A stretch of 64,000 bases of DNA from an uncultured delta proteobacterium (GTDB lineage: Bacteria > Myxococcota > Kuafuiibacteriia > Kuafuiibacteriales > Kuafuiibacteriaceae): contig CAWDML010000009.1 in the NCBI GenBank assembly GCA_963803435.1, positions 1,664,001-1,728,000 of the forward strand. Reading direction: 5' to 3'. Shown here piece after piece: positions 52,471-61,406 of the stretch (the stretch's first letter is position 1; the number at the start of each line of letters is the position of its first letter). Both the position numbers and the translations under genes were made by a program. The notes under the pieces were generated by a model. It ran no database searches. It was not told the origin of the DNA and saw only the letters and a program-made list of their open reading frames with translations.

Positions 52471-52696
52471 CAACGGTACGCAGAGCTTCGAGCAGCTGCT
52501 GGAGCGCCTCGAGGGGATCGTCGGGCGGCTCGAGAACACCGATCTCTCGCTGGAGGAGGCGATCGACGCCTATCGAGAGGGCGTGTCCCTGGCCAAGGAC
52601 GGACACGCGCGCCTCGCCCAGGCGGAGCGGGTGATCGAGGAGGTGACGGGCAAGAAGACGCGCCCGGTGGACCTCGATCAGATCCTGGCCGAGTGA
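52463..52696 (+). CDS. xseB: Exodeoxyribonuclease VII small subunit
   Basis: SFEQ.LERLE.IV..LE...LSLEE.I..Y.EG; position between xseA and ispA. Confidence 0.93.
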   Translation: MADNGTQSFEQLLERLEGIVGRLENTDLSLEEAIDAYREGVSLAKDGHARLAQAERVIEEVTGKKTRPVDLDQILAE

Positions 52697-53577
52697 TGTC
52701 GGCGAACGTCGAGCTGCTCCGCCTCGCGGAGCGCATGGTGGAGCCGGCGCTGGCCGAGGCGCTCGATTGGCTGGGCCGCCCGCTCCCGAGCGACGGTGCG
52801 CCGGAGGGCCACGCCGTACCCGCGCGCCTCCTGGAGGCGATGCGATACGCGGTGTTCTCTCCGGGAAAGCGGCTGCGGCCCGCCCTGGTTCTCGGCAGCG
52901 CCCGAGCGGTCAACGCCCGCCTGGAGGACGTGCTCCCGGCGGCCTGCGCGGTCGAGCTGGTCCACGCGTACTCGCTGGTCCACGACGACCTCCCGCCGCT
53001 CGACGACGACGACTTCCGGCGCGGGCAGCCTTCGTGCCACAAGAAGTTCGGCGAGGCGACCGCGCTCCTGGCGGGCGACGCGCTGCTGACGGAGGCGCTC
53101 ACGCTCGTCGCGCTGGGTCAGCCCCTCGGCGGTGGCGAGGAGGTGGCGGCGCACCGGCGGGCCCGGGCGGCGGCGGAGCTCGGCCGCGGGATCGGTGCCG
53201 CCGGCATGGTGGGCGGCCAGCTCGACGACATCGAGAGCGAGGCCAAGCCGGCCTCGGCCGATCACCTCCGCTCAATCCACCGGCGAAAGACGGGCCGGCT
53301 GATCCAGGCGTCGTCGGTCCTGGGCGCGATCTACGGTGGGGGCGCCGCCGATGCGATCGAGGCGCTGCGCGGCTTCGGCGGCGAGATCGGCCTGGCGTTT
53401 CAGCTCGTCGACGACGCGCTCGATGGTGACGGGGTGGCGGCGATCGAGGGGGTCGAGGCGGCCCGGGCCGAGGCGGCCGGCGCCACCGAGCGCGCGCTCC
53501 GACAGCTCGGCGGCCTGGGGCCGAGCGCGGCCCCGCTGGCGGAGCTGGCGCGCGCGATGGCGGAGCGGACCCGATGA
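52696..53577 (+). CDS. ispA: Polyprenyl (farnesyl) diphosphate synthase
   Basis: GKRLRP, HAYSLVHDDLP..DDDD.RRG, A.LAGDALL, GQ..D, KTG, GLAFQ..DD. Confidence 0.92.
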   Translation: MSANVELLRLAERMVEPALAEALDWLGRPLPSDGAPEGHAVPARLLEAMRYAVFSPGKRLRPALVLGSARAVNARLEDVLPAACAVELVHAYSLVHDDLPPLDDDDFRRGQPSCHKKFGEATALLAGDALLTEALTLVALGQPLGGGEEVAAHRRARAAAELGRGIGAAGMVGGQLDDIESEAKPASADHLRSIHRRKTGRLIQASSVLGAIYGGGAADAIEALRGFGGEIGLAFQLVDDALDGDGVAAIEGVEAARAEAAGATERALRQLGGLGPSAAPLAELARAMAERTR

Positions 53578-53834
53578 GACGATCGATCCTCCTCTTGCTC
53601 CTGAGCGCTGCCCTGTCGCAGGCGGCCTGCGGCAAGTGCCGAACGTCCAGCGACTGCGCGGCCGCGCAGCACTGCGAGTTCGTCAGCGGCGAGTGCCTCG
53701 ACGGTTGCATGCGCGACTCCGACTGCTCCGCCGTGGCGCGCTGCGACAGCTCCAGCGGGCGCTGCGTCCCCACGGGCAACGGTCTGCCGGACGTGGGCAC
53801 CACCACGACCAGCACGATCCCCGACGCCGGATGA
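53574..53834 (+). CDS. Small Cys-rich lipoprotein
   Basis: Signal peptide ending AAC, two C-x4-DC-x5-C-x4-G-x-C repeats, ATGA overlaps on both sides. Confidence 0.75.
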   Translation: MRRSILLLLLSAALSQAACGKCRTSSDCAAAQHCEFVSGECLDGCMRDSDCSAVARCDSSSGRCVPTGNGLPDVGTTTTSTIPDAG

Positions 53835-55588
53835 CGCGGCCCAAGCGAGCACGCGCGGATGAGCTGCTGGTCCGCGCCGAGCTGGCCGGATCGATCGAAG
53901 CGGCGCGCGCGCTGGTGATGACCGGGCGCGTGATGGCGTCGATCGACGGCAAGGAGCGGCGCGTCGAGAAGGCGGGCGAGCTCCTCCCCTCCGGCGCGCT
54001 CTTCCGGCTCACCGGTGAGGTCCGCCGGTTCGTCTCCCGCGGCGGGGAGAAGCTGGCGGCGGCGCTGGACGCCTTCGGGATCGATCCCTCGGGGCGGACC
54101 TGCGCCGACATCGGGCTGAGCACGGGCGGATTCACGCACTGCCTGCTCGAGCGCGGCGCCCAGCGCGTGCACGGCGTCGACGTCGGCTACGGCGACGTCG
54201 CCTGGAACCTGCGCACGGATCCGCGCGTCGTGCTGTGGGAGCGGACCAACGCGCGCCACCTGACCGAGCGTCATTTCGGCGAGCGCGTGTCGCTGGTGGT
54301 CATCGACGTCTCCTTCATCTCGCTCGAGGTGGTCCTCCCGGCGGTGCTCGCGCAGCTCGAGGATGCAGCCGACGTGGTGGCGCTGGTGAAGCCGCAATTC
54401 GAGGCGCCCCGGTCGTCGGTGGTGGCAGGGGTGGTCCCGGATCCCGCGGCGCGTCGAGCGGCGGTCGATCGCGTCCGGGCGTCGGCGGAGGCGATCGGGC
54501 TCCGCGTCGAGGGTGAGGTCGAGTCGCCTCTGCTCGGCGCGGACGGCAACGTCGAGCTGCTGCTCCACCTCGCGAGGCGATCGTCGAAGATCCTCCGTGT
54601 CACGCTGGGTGTGCTCGAGGCCGGCACGCCGGCCGTCTATCGGATCGAGCCATACCCGGACGGCCTCAGCGTGGTCGCCACTGGCACGCTCTCCTCCGAG
54701 GCCATCGCGGCCGCGGTCCGGCACGCGCTCAGCCGCCCCGAGCCCAGGTCCCCCGAGCCGATCCCGTTCGTCCGGGTGGCCCTCGGCGCCGGCGAGGTCG
54801 AGCTCGAGGTCGCCGACGACGCGGCCCAGTCGATGCGCATGCTGAGCGAGGTGCGTTCGGGCGCCGCACCCCTGGTGATCGAGGCCGGCCCGGATCAGGA
54901 CGCCGAGATGGACGCCCTCCTCGCGCGCATCGGCGCCTCCGCTGGGCTGCTGCCCAATCAGCTGGGGGCGGCGCTGGCGCGGCGAGCGGCACGAGACGAA
55001 GCGCCCGGCGGTGCGCCCGACGCCACCGGCGAGGCGCTGGCGTTTCTCGACGCGCACCGCCGCGCAACCCAGCTTGCTGGCGCAGTCCGTGCGGTGGACG
55101 ACCAGATGACCGCCTCGGTGGTCCCGGACTGGCTATGGATCGCCACGGGCTTCGGCGGCCTCGGGGTCCTGTTGACGGCGATCGTCTTCCTCTATCCCGA
55201 GACGCGCCTCCGCCTGATCCCAGCGTTGATCGCGCTCTCTGTGGTCGGTTTCGGCCTATACGGATGGCGCTCCTTCGCCGAGCTCCGGGTGCGGGGACGG
55301 CTGCAGATCGAGCGCGCCGAGCTGCGGGCGCGTCGCGAGGCCGCCCGGGAGGAGGCGCGGGCCCTGCGGGCTCGCCTCTGCCAGGACGGCGCGGATCCGG
55401 ACGCGTTGCTGGTTCGCCTCCAGGAGATCGTCGTTCCGCCCGGGGTTCCTGCGATCTTCGCGCAGCACGGGGCCGCCCTCTCGGCCGCAGGGCCGCCAGA
55501 ACAACCGGATCACCAGCAGATCGTGCTGGCCGACGGGGCGGTCGAACACGCCCGCGCCGTGCCGATGGTGAAGGAGAAGATCGGATGA
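53831..55588 (+). CDS. tlyA: TlyA-family RNA methyltransferase, read in frame into a ~330-aa 2-TM hypothetical protein (fusion or sequencing error)
   Basis: S4 domain, FVSRGGEKL, D.G.STGGFT, VDVG, DVSFISL, LVKPQFE, G.DGN.E (ends ~54575). Downstream: 2 TMs and a coiled coil. Confidence 0.8.
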   Translation: MTRPKRARADELLVRAELAGSIEAARALVMTGRVMASIDGKERRVEKAGELLPSGALFRLTGEVRRFVSRGGEKLAAALDAFGIDPSGRTCADIGLSTGGFTHCLLERGAQRVHGVDVGYGDVAWNLRTDPRVVLWERTNARHLTERHFGERVSLVVIDVSFISLEVVLPAVLAQLEDAADVVALVKPQFEAPRSSVVAGVVPDPAARRAAVDRVRASAEAIGLRVEGEVESPLLGADGNVELLLHLARRSSKILRVTLGVLEAGTPAVYRIEPYPDGLSVVATGTLSSEAIAAAVRHALSRPEPRSPEPIPFVRVALGAGEVELEVADDAAQSMRMLSEVRSGAAPLVIEAGPDQDAEMDALLARIGASAGLLPNQLGAALARRAARDEAPGGAPDATGEALAFLDAHRRATQLAGAVRAVDDQMTASVVPDWLWIATGFGGLGVLLTAIVFLYPETRLRLIPALIALSVVGFGLYGWRSFAELRVRGRLQIERAELRARREAAREEARALRARLCQDGADPDALLVRLQEIVVPPGVPAIFAQHGAALSAAGPPEQPDHQQIVLADGAVEHARAVPMVKEKIG

Positions 55589-55632
55589 GCCCGGACACGG
55601 AATAGCAGTCTGCGGCAGTGCGTTGCACCCGA

Positions 55633-55830
55633 CGGAACGGGGGACGGTGCTCAATCGAGAACCTCGTTCCGCCAGAGACCGAAGGCACATACGCCCGACC
55701 CCTCCCCGGCCCGTGGGCTTTCGGTCGCTGGATTTACGTTGGCGTTTGGAGCTTTCTTCGACCCCGGGGGGTGGCGTTCTTTGAGGACGGGGCAGCCTCG
55801 ATGGGCATTGCTTCCCGGGGTCTTTTTTTT
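55633..55830 (+). ncRNA. Candidate three-stem-loop sRNA ending in an intrinsic terminator
   Basis: SL1 is 55633-55642 paired with 55662-55671. SL2 spans 55672-55731 with loop ACCCCTCCC. SL3 spans 55760-55822 and is followed by T8. Many G-U pairs fix the + strand. Confidence 0.6.
55760..55830 (+). terminator. Intrinsic terminator (long hairpin + U8)
   Basis: GACCCCGGG...CCCGGGGTC followed by TTTTTTTT. Confidence 0.75.
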
Positions 55831-55861
55831 CTTCGTCCCCTAACCTACGTGATCGAAGCTC

Positions 55862-55894
55862 GGCGGGGTGCCTGTGACCCCGCCATTTTCTTCT
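55862..55894 (+). terminator. Second terminator-like hairpin
   Basis: GGCGGGGT-GCCTGTG-ACCCCGCC followed by ATTTTCTTCT. Confidence 0.5.
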
Positions 55895-55907
55895 GTAAGG
55901 TAGCCGT

Positions 55908-56795
55908 GTGAAGCGGTACCGCGCGATCCCTGCCGGCGGCACGATCGGCGTCTTCGCGCCCTCCAGCCCCTTCCCCCCGGAGCGCTTCGATCGCGGCCTC
56001 GCGATCCTTCGAGGCCTCGGATTCCAGGTGGTCGTCCATCCGCAGGCCGAGCACCGTCGCGGCTTCCTGGCCGGCGACGACGCGGATCGCGCCTCGGCAT
56101 TCGGTGCGCTCCTGGAGGACGATCGGATCGACGCGGTGATGGCAGCCCGTGGAGGTTACGGCGCTCACCGGTGGATCGATCGCTTCGACTTCTCCCGCGC
56201 GCTCGGCCCGGCCAAGCCGGTCATCGGCTTCTCGGATGTGATCGCTGTCCACGCCTGTCTCCAGCGCGCCGGCCTCCGCTCGATCCACGGTCCCGTGGTG
56301 ACGCAGCTCGGCGATCTGCCGGAAGCGGAGCATCGACATCTCGCGCGCCTCTTGACCGCTCCCGAGCCGATGACCCTGAAGGCCCAGGTCACGATTCGCG
56401 GCGGCCGCGCCCAGGGCCCGCTGGTCGGGGGCTGCCTCTCCGTGATCGCGCCGATGGTCGGAACGCCGTACCTCTTCGTGCCGGAGGGCGCGATCCTCCT
56501 CCTGGAGGACGTGAGCGAGGCGCCCTACCGGATCGACCGCATGCTCACCCACCTGAGGCTCGCCGGCGTGCTGGCGCGGGTGGCCGGCGTGGCCGTGGGC
56601 GACATGGTGGGATGCCAGCCGCCCCGCGACGGCGAGCAGAGCGTGGAGGACGTCCTCGCGGAGCGCCTCGGCGATCTCGGGGTTCCGGCCGTGCGCGGAT
56701 TGCCGTTCGGCCACGGCCGTACGAACCTTGCGCTGCCCCTCGGCGCCGACGCGGTGCTGGACGCCGATGCGGGCACACTGTTCGTGGGGTCGTGA
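55908..56795 (+). CDS. ldcA: LD-carboxypeptidase (peptidase S66)
   Basis: APSS, RGGYG, IGFSD, HGP, GG.L, LEDV.E..YRIDRML, FGH. Confidence 0.9.
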   Translation: MKRYRAIPAGGTIGVFAPSSPFPPERFDRGLAILRGLGFQVVVHPQAEHRRGFLAGDDADRASAFGALLEDDRIDAVMAARGGYGAHRWIDRFDFSRALGPAKPVIGFSDVIAVHACLQRAGLRSIHGPVVTQLGDLPEAEHRHLARLLTAPEPMTLKAQVTIRGGRAQGPLVGGCLSVIAPMVGTPYLFVPEGAILLLEDVSEAPYRIDRMLTHLRLAGVLARVAGVAVGDMVGCQPPRDGEQSVEDVLAERLGDLGVPAVRGLPFGHGRTNLALPLGADAVLDADAGTLFVGS

Positions 56796-57985
56796 CGCAT
56801 CCGGTCGACATCTTCGCCGCCGGCGCTCGGGACGGCGTCTATCCCGGCGCGCAGCTCGCCGTGTCCCGCGAATGCCAGCGTCTCGTCACCGCGGCGGTCG
56901 GCAAGATCGCGCCCGGCGGCGAGCCGACCAGCAACGACGCGATCTACGATCTCGCCTCGCTCACCAAGCCGCTGGCCACCACCGTCCTCTTGGGCCGCGC
57001 GCTCGAGGAGGGCCGCTGTCAGCTCGACGACCCGGTGAACCAGTACGTCCCCGGCGTCCATGGGTCGATCACCCTGCGCCACCTGCTCGAACACTCGAGC
57101 GGCTACCCGGCGCACGCGCGCTTCGATCAATACATGCCGAGCCGGATCGCGAAGGGCAGCTGGGACGCGTGGCGCCATATCGTCTTCGAGGCCGTCAAGC
57201 TGGGCCGCGAGGCGCCCGCAGGCCACCGGGCCTTGTACAGCGACGTCGGCTTCATCCTGCTCGGCGCGGCGCTCGAGGTCATGTACACGCAGCCCCTGTC
57301 GATCCCGCACGCGTTCCTGGGGACGCCGCTGTTCTATCGGGACAAGCGGGGCCCGCCGGCGCTGCCCTCGATCTGGCCGGGGACGCCGATCGCGCCCACC
57401 GAGAACTGTCTACCCGGCGAGGTCCACGACGAGAACTGCCGCGCCATGGGCGGCGTCGCCGGCCACGCCGGGATCTGGGGGACGGCCGAGCGCGTGCTGA
57501 TCCTCGCCGAGCAGCTGGTGCTCGCCTACCACGGGTTCAAGGGCGGCGTGCTCAAACCCGACACGATCCGCTGCATCTGGCAGCCGAGCTCGGTCCCCGG
57601 CTCCACACGCACGCTCGGGTGGGATCGACCGTCGCCGGAGGGATCATCGACGGGCGGACGCTGGCCGCCGACCAGCGTCGGTCACCTCGGGTTCACCGGC
57701 ACCTCGATCTGGATCGAGCCGGAGCGCGCGCTGATCGTGGTCCTGATCAGTAACCGCGTCTGTCCGACGCGCGCCAACAACATGATCCGACGCCTGCGAC
57801 CGGCGCTCTACGACGCCGCCTGGAACGTGTGGGCGACCACGCCGCGCAGGCGACCCGTCGACCGGAAGAAGGCACCGGCGCGATCGCAAGCTGGGTTGCG
57901 ACCGATCCCTGAGGACCAGGCGAAGACCCAGCGGATCACCGTGGATGACGAGAACACCGAGCCCAACGTTCGGATCTACAAGTGA
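56792..57985 (+). CDS. Serine hydrolase, beta-lactamase family
   Basis: YDLASLTK (SxxK), LL.H.SG, YSDVGF, GEVHDEN, GHAG, GHLGFTGTS.W. GTGA coupling to ldcA. Confidence 0.88.
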   Translation: MTHPVDIFAAGARDGVYPGAQLAVSRECQRLVTAAVGKIAPGGEPTSNDAIYDLASLTKPLATTVLLGRALEEGRCQLDDPVNQYVPGVHGSITLRHLLEHSSGYPAHARFDQYMPSRIAKGSWDAWRHIVFEAVKLGREAPAGHRALYSDVGFILLGAALEVMYTQPLSIPHAFLGTPLFYRDKRGPPALPSIWPGTPIAPTENCLPGEVHDENCRAMGGVAGHAGIWGTAERVLILAEQLVLAYHGFKGGVLKPDTIRCIWQPSSVPGSTRTLGWDRPSPEGSSTGGRWPPTSVGHLGFTGTSIWIEPERALIVVLISNRVCPTRANNMIRRLRPALYDAAWNVWATTPRRRPVDRKKAPARSQAGLRPIPEDQAKTQRITVDDENTEPNVRIYK

Positions 57986-58374
57986 CCGTCGTAGTCCTGG
58001 ATGAAGCTGCAGCCGTGCTCGGTGTGCTCGTGAGAGAGCAGGATGAACACCGCCGTCGAGGTGGTGGTGGCCGGGTCCCGCACCAGTAGGCCGATCCGCG
58101 ACCAGGCCCGGTCGACGGGCCTCACGAACGCCAACTCGGTGACGCTCGCGCGGAGTAGGCGCTGCTCGAGCGACGGGTTGCGCACGTGCTCGGCCAGGTA
58201 CGCGCTGTCACCGGAGGCGATCGCGGCGGTCAGGGAGCCGGCGCACCCGTCCGCCCAGCTCCCCTGCTCGAGGGAGCGATAGACGAACCAGACGCTGATC
58301 GCGAGCAGCGCGACGAAGACGCTGCGCCGGAGGGCCTTGCTCAGCAGAACCTGCCGGAGCGCCGCCTCATCCAT
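57976..58374 (-). CDS. Hypothetical membrane protein
   Basis: One TM; start overlaps the exonuclease stop. Confidence 0.55.
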   Translation of the reverse strand: MDEAALRQVLLSKALRRSVFVALLAISVWFVYRSLEQGSWADGCAGSLTAAIASGDSAYLAEHVRNPSLEQRLLRASVTELAFVRPVDRAWSRIGLLVRDPATTTSTAVFILLSHEHTEHGCSFIQDYDGHL

Positions 58375-58942
58375 GACCCTGACCCTTCTCGAGGTTCATC
58401 AATCCACAGAACACGCGAGCCGAGTATCGCGCATCCGCACCCGCGTGATGGAGCTGGTCCGGGTCGGGCGGCTCCGCCTTCAACAGCTGGCAGATGTTCT
58501 TGAGGGTGGTCTGATTCCAGGGGATCTCGAGCTTCCCCATCGCCAGCGCCTTGGTGTCGAGGGCCGAGTACCCGAACGAATTTTTCACGTTCGCATGCCC
58601 GCAGTAGTAGGCGAAGAACATCCAGTCGAACGGCGCATTGTGTGCGACGAAGACCGGTCGATCCTTCTTGCCGTGCCGATGGGACTCCACCCAGTCGATC
58701 ACCTTCTGCATGGCGCCCTCGGGCGAGAGGCCCTCCGACTCGAGCCGCGCCACGTCGAGCTTGTTCACCGCCATCGCAGCGTCGTCGAACTCGGGAAAGA
58801 TGGGCCGGAGCTCGACGTACAGGTCCTCCAGCGGGCGATACTTGCCCTCCAGCCGGCGCACGTGGGTCAGGCCGATGGAGAGGAGATTGTGAATCCCGGG
58901 CGTCGGCCCCGAGGATTCGACGTCGACACAGAAGTAATCCAA
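58367..58942 (-). CDS. DEDDh 3'-5' exonuclease
   Basis: VDVESSG, VAHNAPFD, LDT, H.A.ADA. Confidence 0.88.
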   Translation of the reverse strand: MDYFCVDVESSGPTPGIHNLLSIGLTHVRRLEGKYRPLEDLYVELRPIFPEFDDAAMAVNKLDVARLESEGLSPEGAMQKVIDWVESHRHGKKDRPVFVAHNAPFDWMFFAYYCGHANVKNSFGYSALDTKALAMGKLEIPWNQTTLKNICQLLKAEPPDPDQLHHAGADARYSARVFCGLMNLEKGQGHG

Positions 58943-59013
58943 TTCGCTGGCTCTTACCTTCCGCGACCGCCCGCGGTCGACCGTTTCCGCGCGGTGGGTG
59001 TATTTCCCCGGGG

Positions 59014-60693
59014 GTGCGGTCGCTCCGGCCCGGTCTGGCTCTGCTCGTGCTGCTCACGGGCTGCGACGCGCTCAGCGGCATCGTCTCGCTGGGGACGCAC
59101 CGGCCGCCGGCGGCGCGGGACGCCGGCACGCGGGACGCGAGCACCAACGCACCCGACTCCGGGTGGTCCGACGGCGGGGGGGACGCTGCGGTCTCGGACA
59201 CCGGACCGCTCGGGAGCGACCTGGTGGTGTCCTTCCTCTCCGATCCGCCGGAGGCGATCGAGCCGGGCGGTGCGTTCGATGTGGAGGTGACCGTCGAGAA
59301 CCAGGGCACCCTCGCCTCCACCGAGACCACGGTTCGTCTGGAGCTGGCGGCTGCTGGCACGCTGGCCCTGGCCGAGCCGCTGATCGGATCGATCGGACCC
59401 GGAGCCTCCGAGTCCCGCCGCTTGCACCTGACCGTACCCACCTCCACCGCGGGTGCGCATCGCCTGAGGGCCGTCGCGGATCCGCAGCGCGTCGTCGCGG
59501 AGCTCGACGAGGACAACAACGTTCGGCTGTCCGGGCGCGTGCTCGTGGGCGCACTGGTGGTGCGACCGCAGTCGCTCGACCTGACGACGCCGGCCGGATG
59601 CATCCGCTCGGGACTGCTCTCAATCACGAACAAGAGCGATCGCGTCGCCCAGCTCGACGCGCCGATGGTCCAAGGGTCACCGGAGTACCGCGTGAGCTCG
59701 CGGGCACCGCTCGACCTCGGGCCCGGGGAGGCGATCACGGCGACCGTCACCTATGCACCGATCGATCCCGGCGCCGACCGGGCCACGCTCTGGATCGCGC
59801 ACGACCTCGGCAGCCCGGTCGCGATCGCGCTTGTGGCCGACGGCGACGACGGGATGCGCTCCGAGACGTTCCACCAGTTCGCGGAGCGGAAGGTCGATCT
59901 CTTGTTCGTCGTCGACGACTCGTGCTCGATGGGCGAGGAGCAGGCTCGCCTCGGGCAGCGCTTCTCCGCGTTCCTCGACTTCGCCGCCACGGAGACGATC
60001 GACTACCAGGTGGCGGTGACCACCACCGACGTCGGCCCGGGCGGCCCGGCCGGGCGCTTCCGGGGCGACCCGCGCATCATCACGCCAAGCACGCCCTCGG
60101 CCGCCCTCGCCTTCGCCGCCAACGCGATGGTCGGCCTCGATGGATCCGAGGCCGAGCAGGGCCTGCTCGCCGCCGAGCGTGCGCTCTCGTCCCCGTTGAT
60201 CGAGACGGACAACGCCGGCTTTCTCCGGCCGGAGGCGTCCCTCGCCGTCGTGTACGTCTCGGACGAGGACGACCAGTCGCCCGGCTCCGTCGAGGCGCAC
60301 GCAGCCTTCCTCGGTGCGCTCCGGCCTGCGCCCTTCCTCCGCGTCAGCGCGATCGTCGGTGACGCGCCCGCCGGCTGCGGGACAGCCGCGCCCGGGCTGC
60401 GATACCTGGCGCTGGTCGATCTGATCGGCGGAGCGGCCGCCTCGATCTGCGAGAGCGATTGGGATCAGACGCTGCTCGCGCTGGCCGCCGGCGGCTTCGG
60501 CTTCCAGACCCGCTTCGAGCTCGAGGGCGTCCCGCTCGCCTCGACGATCGAGGTCCGGGTGAACGGCATGGTGGTGCCACCGCCATTCTGGCGATACGAG
60601 GCAGCGGCCCGCGCGATTGTGTTCGAGCCGGCCGCGGTGCCGGAGGCGAGCAGCGAGATCGAGGTCGGCTATCGGCCCGGATGCGGGCTCTGA
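59014..60693 (+). CDS. Lipoprotein with CARDB/Ig-like and vWA domains
   Basis: Lipobox LTGC, CARDB (V.V.N.G, AD...V.E.DE.NN), Ig-like region, vWA MIDAS DLLFVVDDSCSM, VSDEDDQS. Confidence 0.8.
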   Translation: MRSLRPGLALLVLLTGCDALSGIVSLGTHRPPAARDAGTRDASTNAPDSGWSDGGGDAAVSDTGPLGSDLVVSFLSDPPEAIEPGGAFDVEVTVENQGTLASTETTVRLELAAAGTLALAEPLIGSIGPGASESRRLHLTVPTSTAGAHRLRAVADPQRVVAELDEDNNVRLSGRVLVGALVVRPQSLDLTTPAGCIRSGLLSITNKSDRVAQLDAPMVQGSPEYRVSSRAPLDLGPGEAITATVTYAPIDPGADRATLWIAHDLGSPVAIALVADGDDGMRSETFHQFAERKVDLLFVVDDSCSMGEEQARLGQRFSAFLDFAATETIDYQVAVTTTDVGPGGPAGRFRGDPRIITPSTPSAALAFAANAMVGLDGSEAEQGLLAAERALSSPLIETDNAGFLRPEASLAVVYVSDEDDQSPGSVEAHAAFLGALRPAPFLRVSAIVGDAPAGCGTAAPGLRYLALVDLIGGAAASICESDWDQTLLALAAGGFGFQTRFELEGVPLASTIEVRVNGMVVPPPFWRYEAAARAIVFEPAAVPEASSEIEVGYRPGCGL

Positions 60694-61406
60694 GCGCAGG
60701 CCCGCTCGACCGCCGCTCGGTATGGTGAATCGGCGTCGAGCTCGGCCGTCGCGGCGGCCGCCTCGCCCGGACGTCCGGCCTTGCAGAGCGCCATCGCCTT
60801 CACCGCGGTCCGCTCCTCGGCGAGCTCGCCGTCGGGAAAGCGCGACGCGTGCGCCGCGACTTGGGAGAGCGCGCGGTCGACATCGCCGTCGCGGAGCGCC
60901 GCCTTGGCGGCCTGGATCAACGCGGCCTCCTCGGCGAGGCGGCCCCCCGGCCGGAGGTCGGCCTGAGGGAGCGGGTGCGGTGGCCCGGCGGCGGCGGGCC
61001 GGCGCCGCCGGCTCGGACGCGCCGCCGGGGCGATCGGAGGGGTCGGAGGGGTCGGAGGGGTCGGAGGGGTCGGCTCGTCGGGCGCGACGGGCACCGGCGG
61101 CGGGGGCGGCCTCACGGCGGGCACCGGCGCGACGGCGACCGCTGGATCTCGCGGGGCCAGCACGGAGGTCACCAGCACGCCGGCCGCGAGCCCGGTCGCG
61201 ACCACGACGCCGGCAATCTTGAGCCCGATCGAGGCACCACCGGCGGCGTGGGCCGGCGACGGATCGATCGCAGCCGGCAGCGCCACCGACCCGGCGATCA
61301 GCGCCCGGATCCGCGCCTTGTCGCCTGCGGTGGCGTGGGGCTCGGCGGCGCGCGCCTTCGAGAGCGCCGCGCGGGCCTCTGCGCTGAGCGCGTCGGGATC
61401 GCTCAT
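60669..61406 (-). CDS. Putative anti-sigma factor (TM, Pro-rich linker, TPR-like C-terminus)
   Basis: ATGA-coupled downstream of an ECF sigma gene. L.EE..L...A..AL..GD...AL...H..RFP.G.L.EER motif. Confidence 0.7.
   Translation of the reverse strand: MSDPDALSAEARAALSKARAAEPHATAGDKARIRALIAGSVALPAAIDPSPAHAAGGASIGLKIAGVVVATGLAAGVLVTSVLAPRDPAVAVAPVPAVRPPPPPVPVAPDEPTPPTPPTPPTPPIAPAARPSRRRRPAAAGPPHPLPQADLRPGGRLAEEAALIQAAKAALRDGDVDRALSQVAAHASRFPDGELAEERTAVKAMALCKAGRPGEAAAATAELDADSPYRAAVERACAQSPHPGR
61034..61073. repeat. Tandem repeat (TCGGAGGGG)x4.4 encoding (PTP)n
   Basis: Read directly from the sequence. Confidence 0.9.

Noticed and set aside
55612-55627. sigma54-like CGGCAGTGCGTTGCA
   Set aside because: The GG-to-GC spacing is 9 nt, not the required 10.
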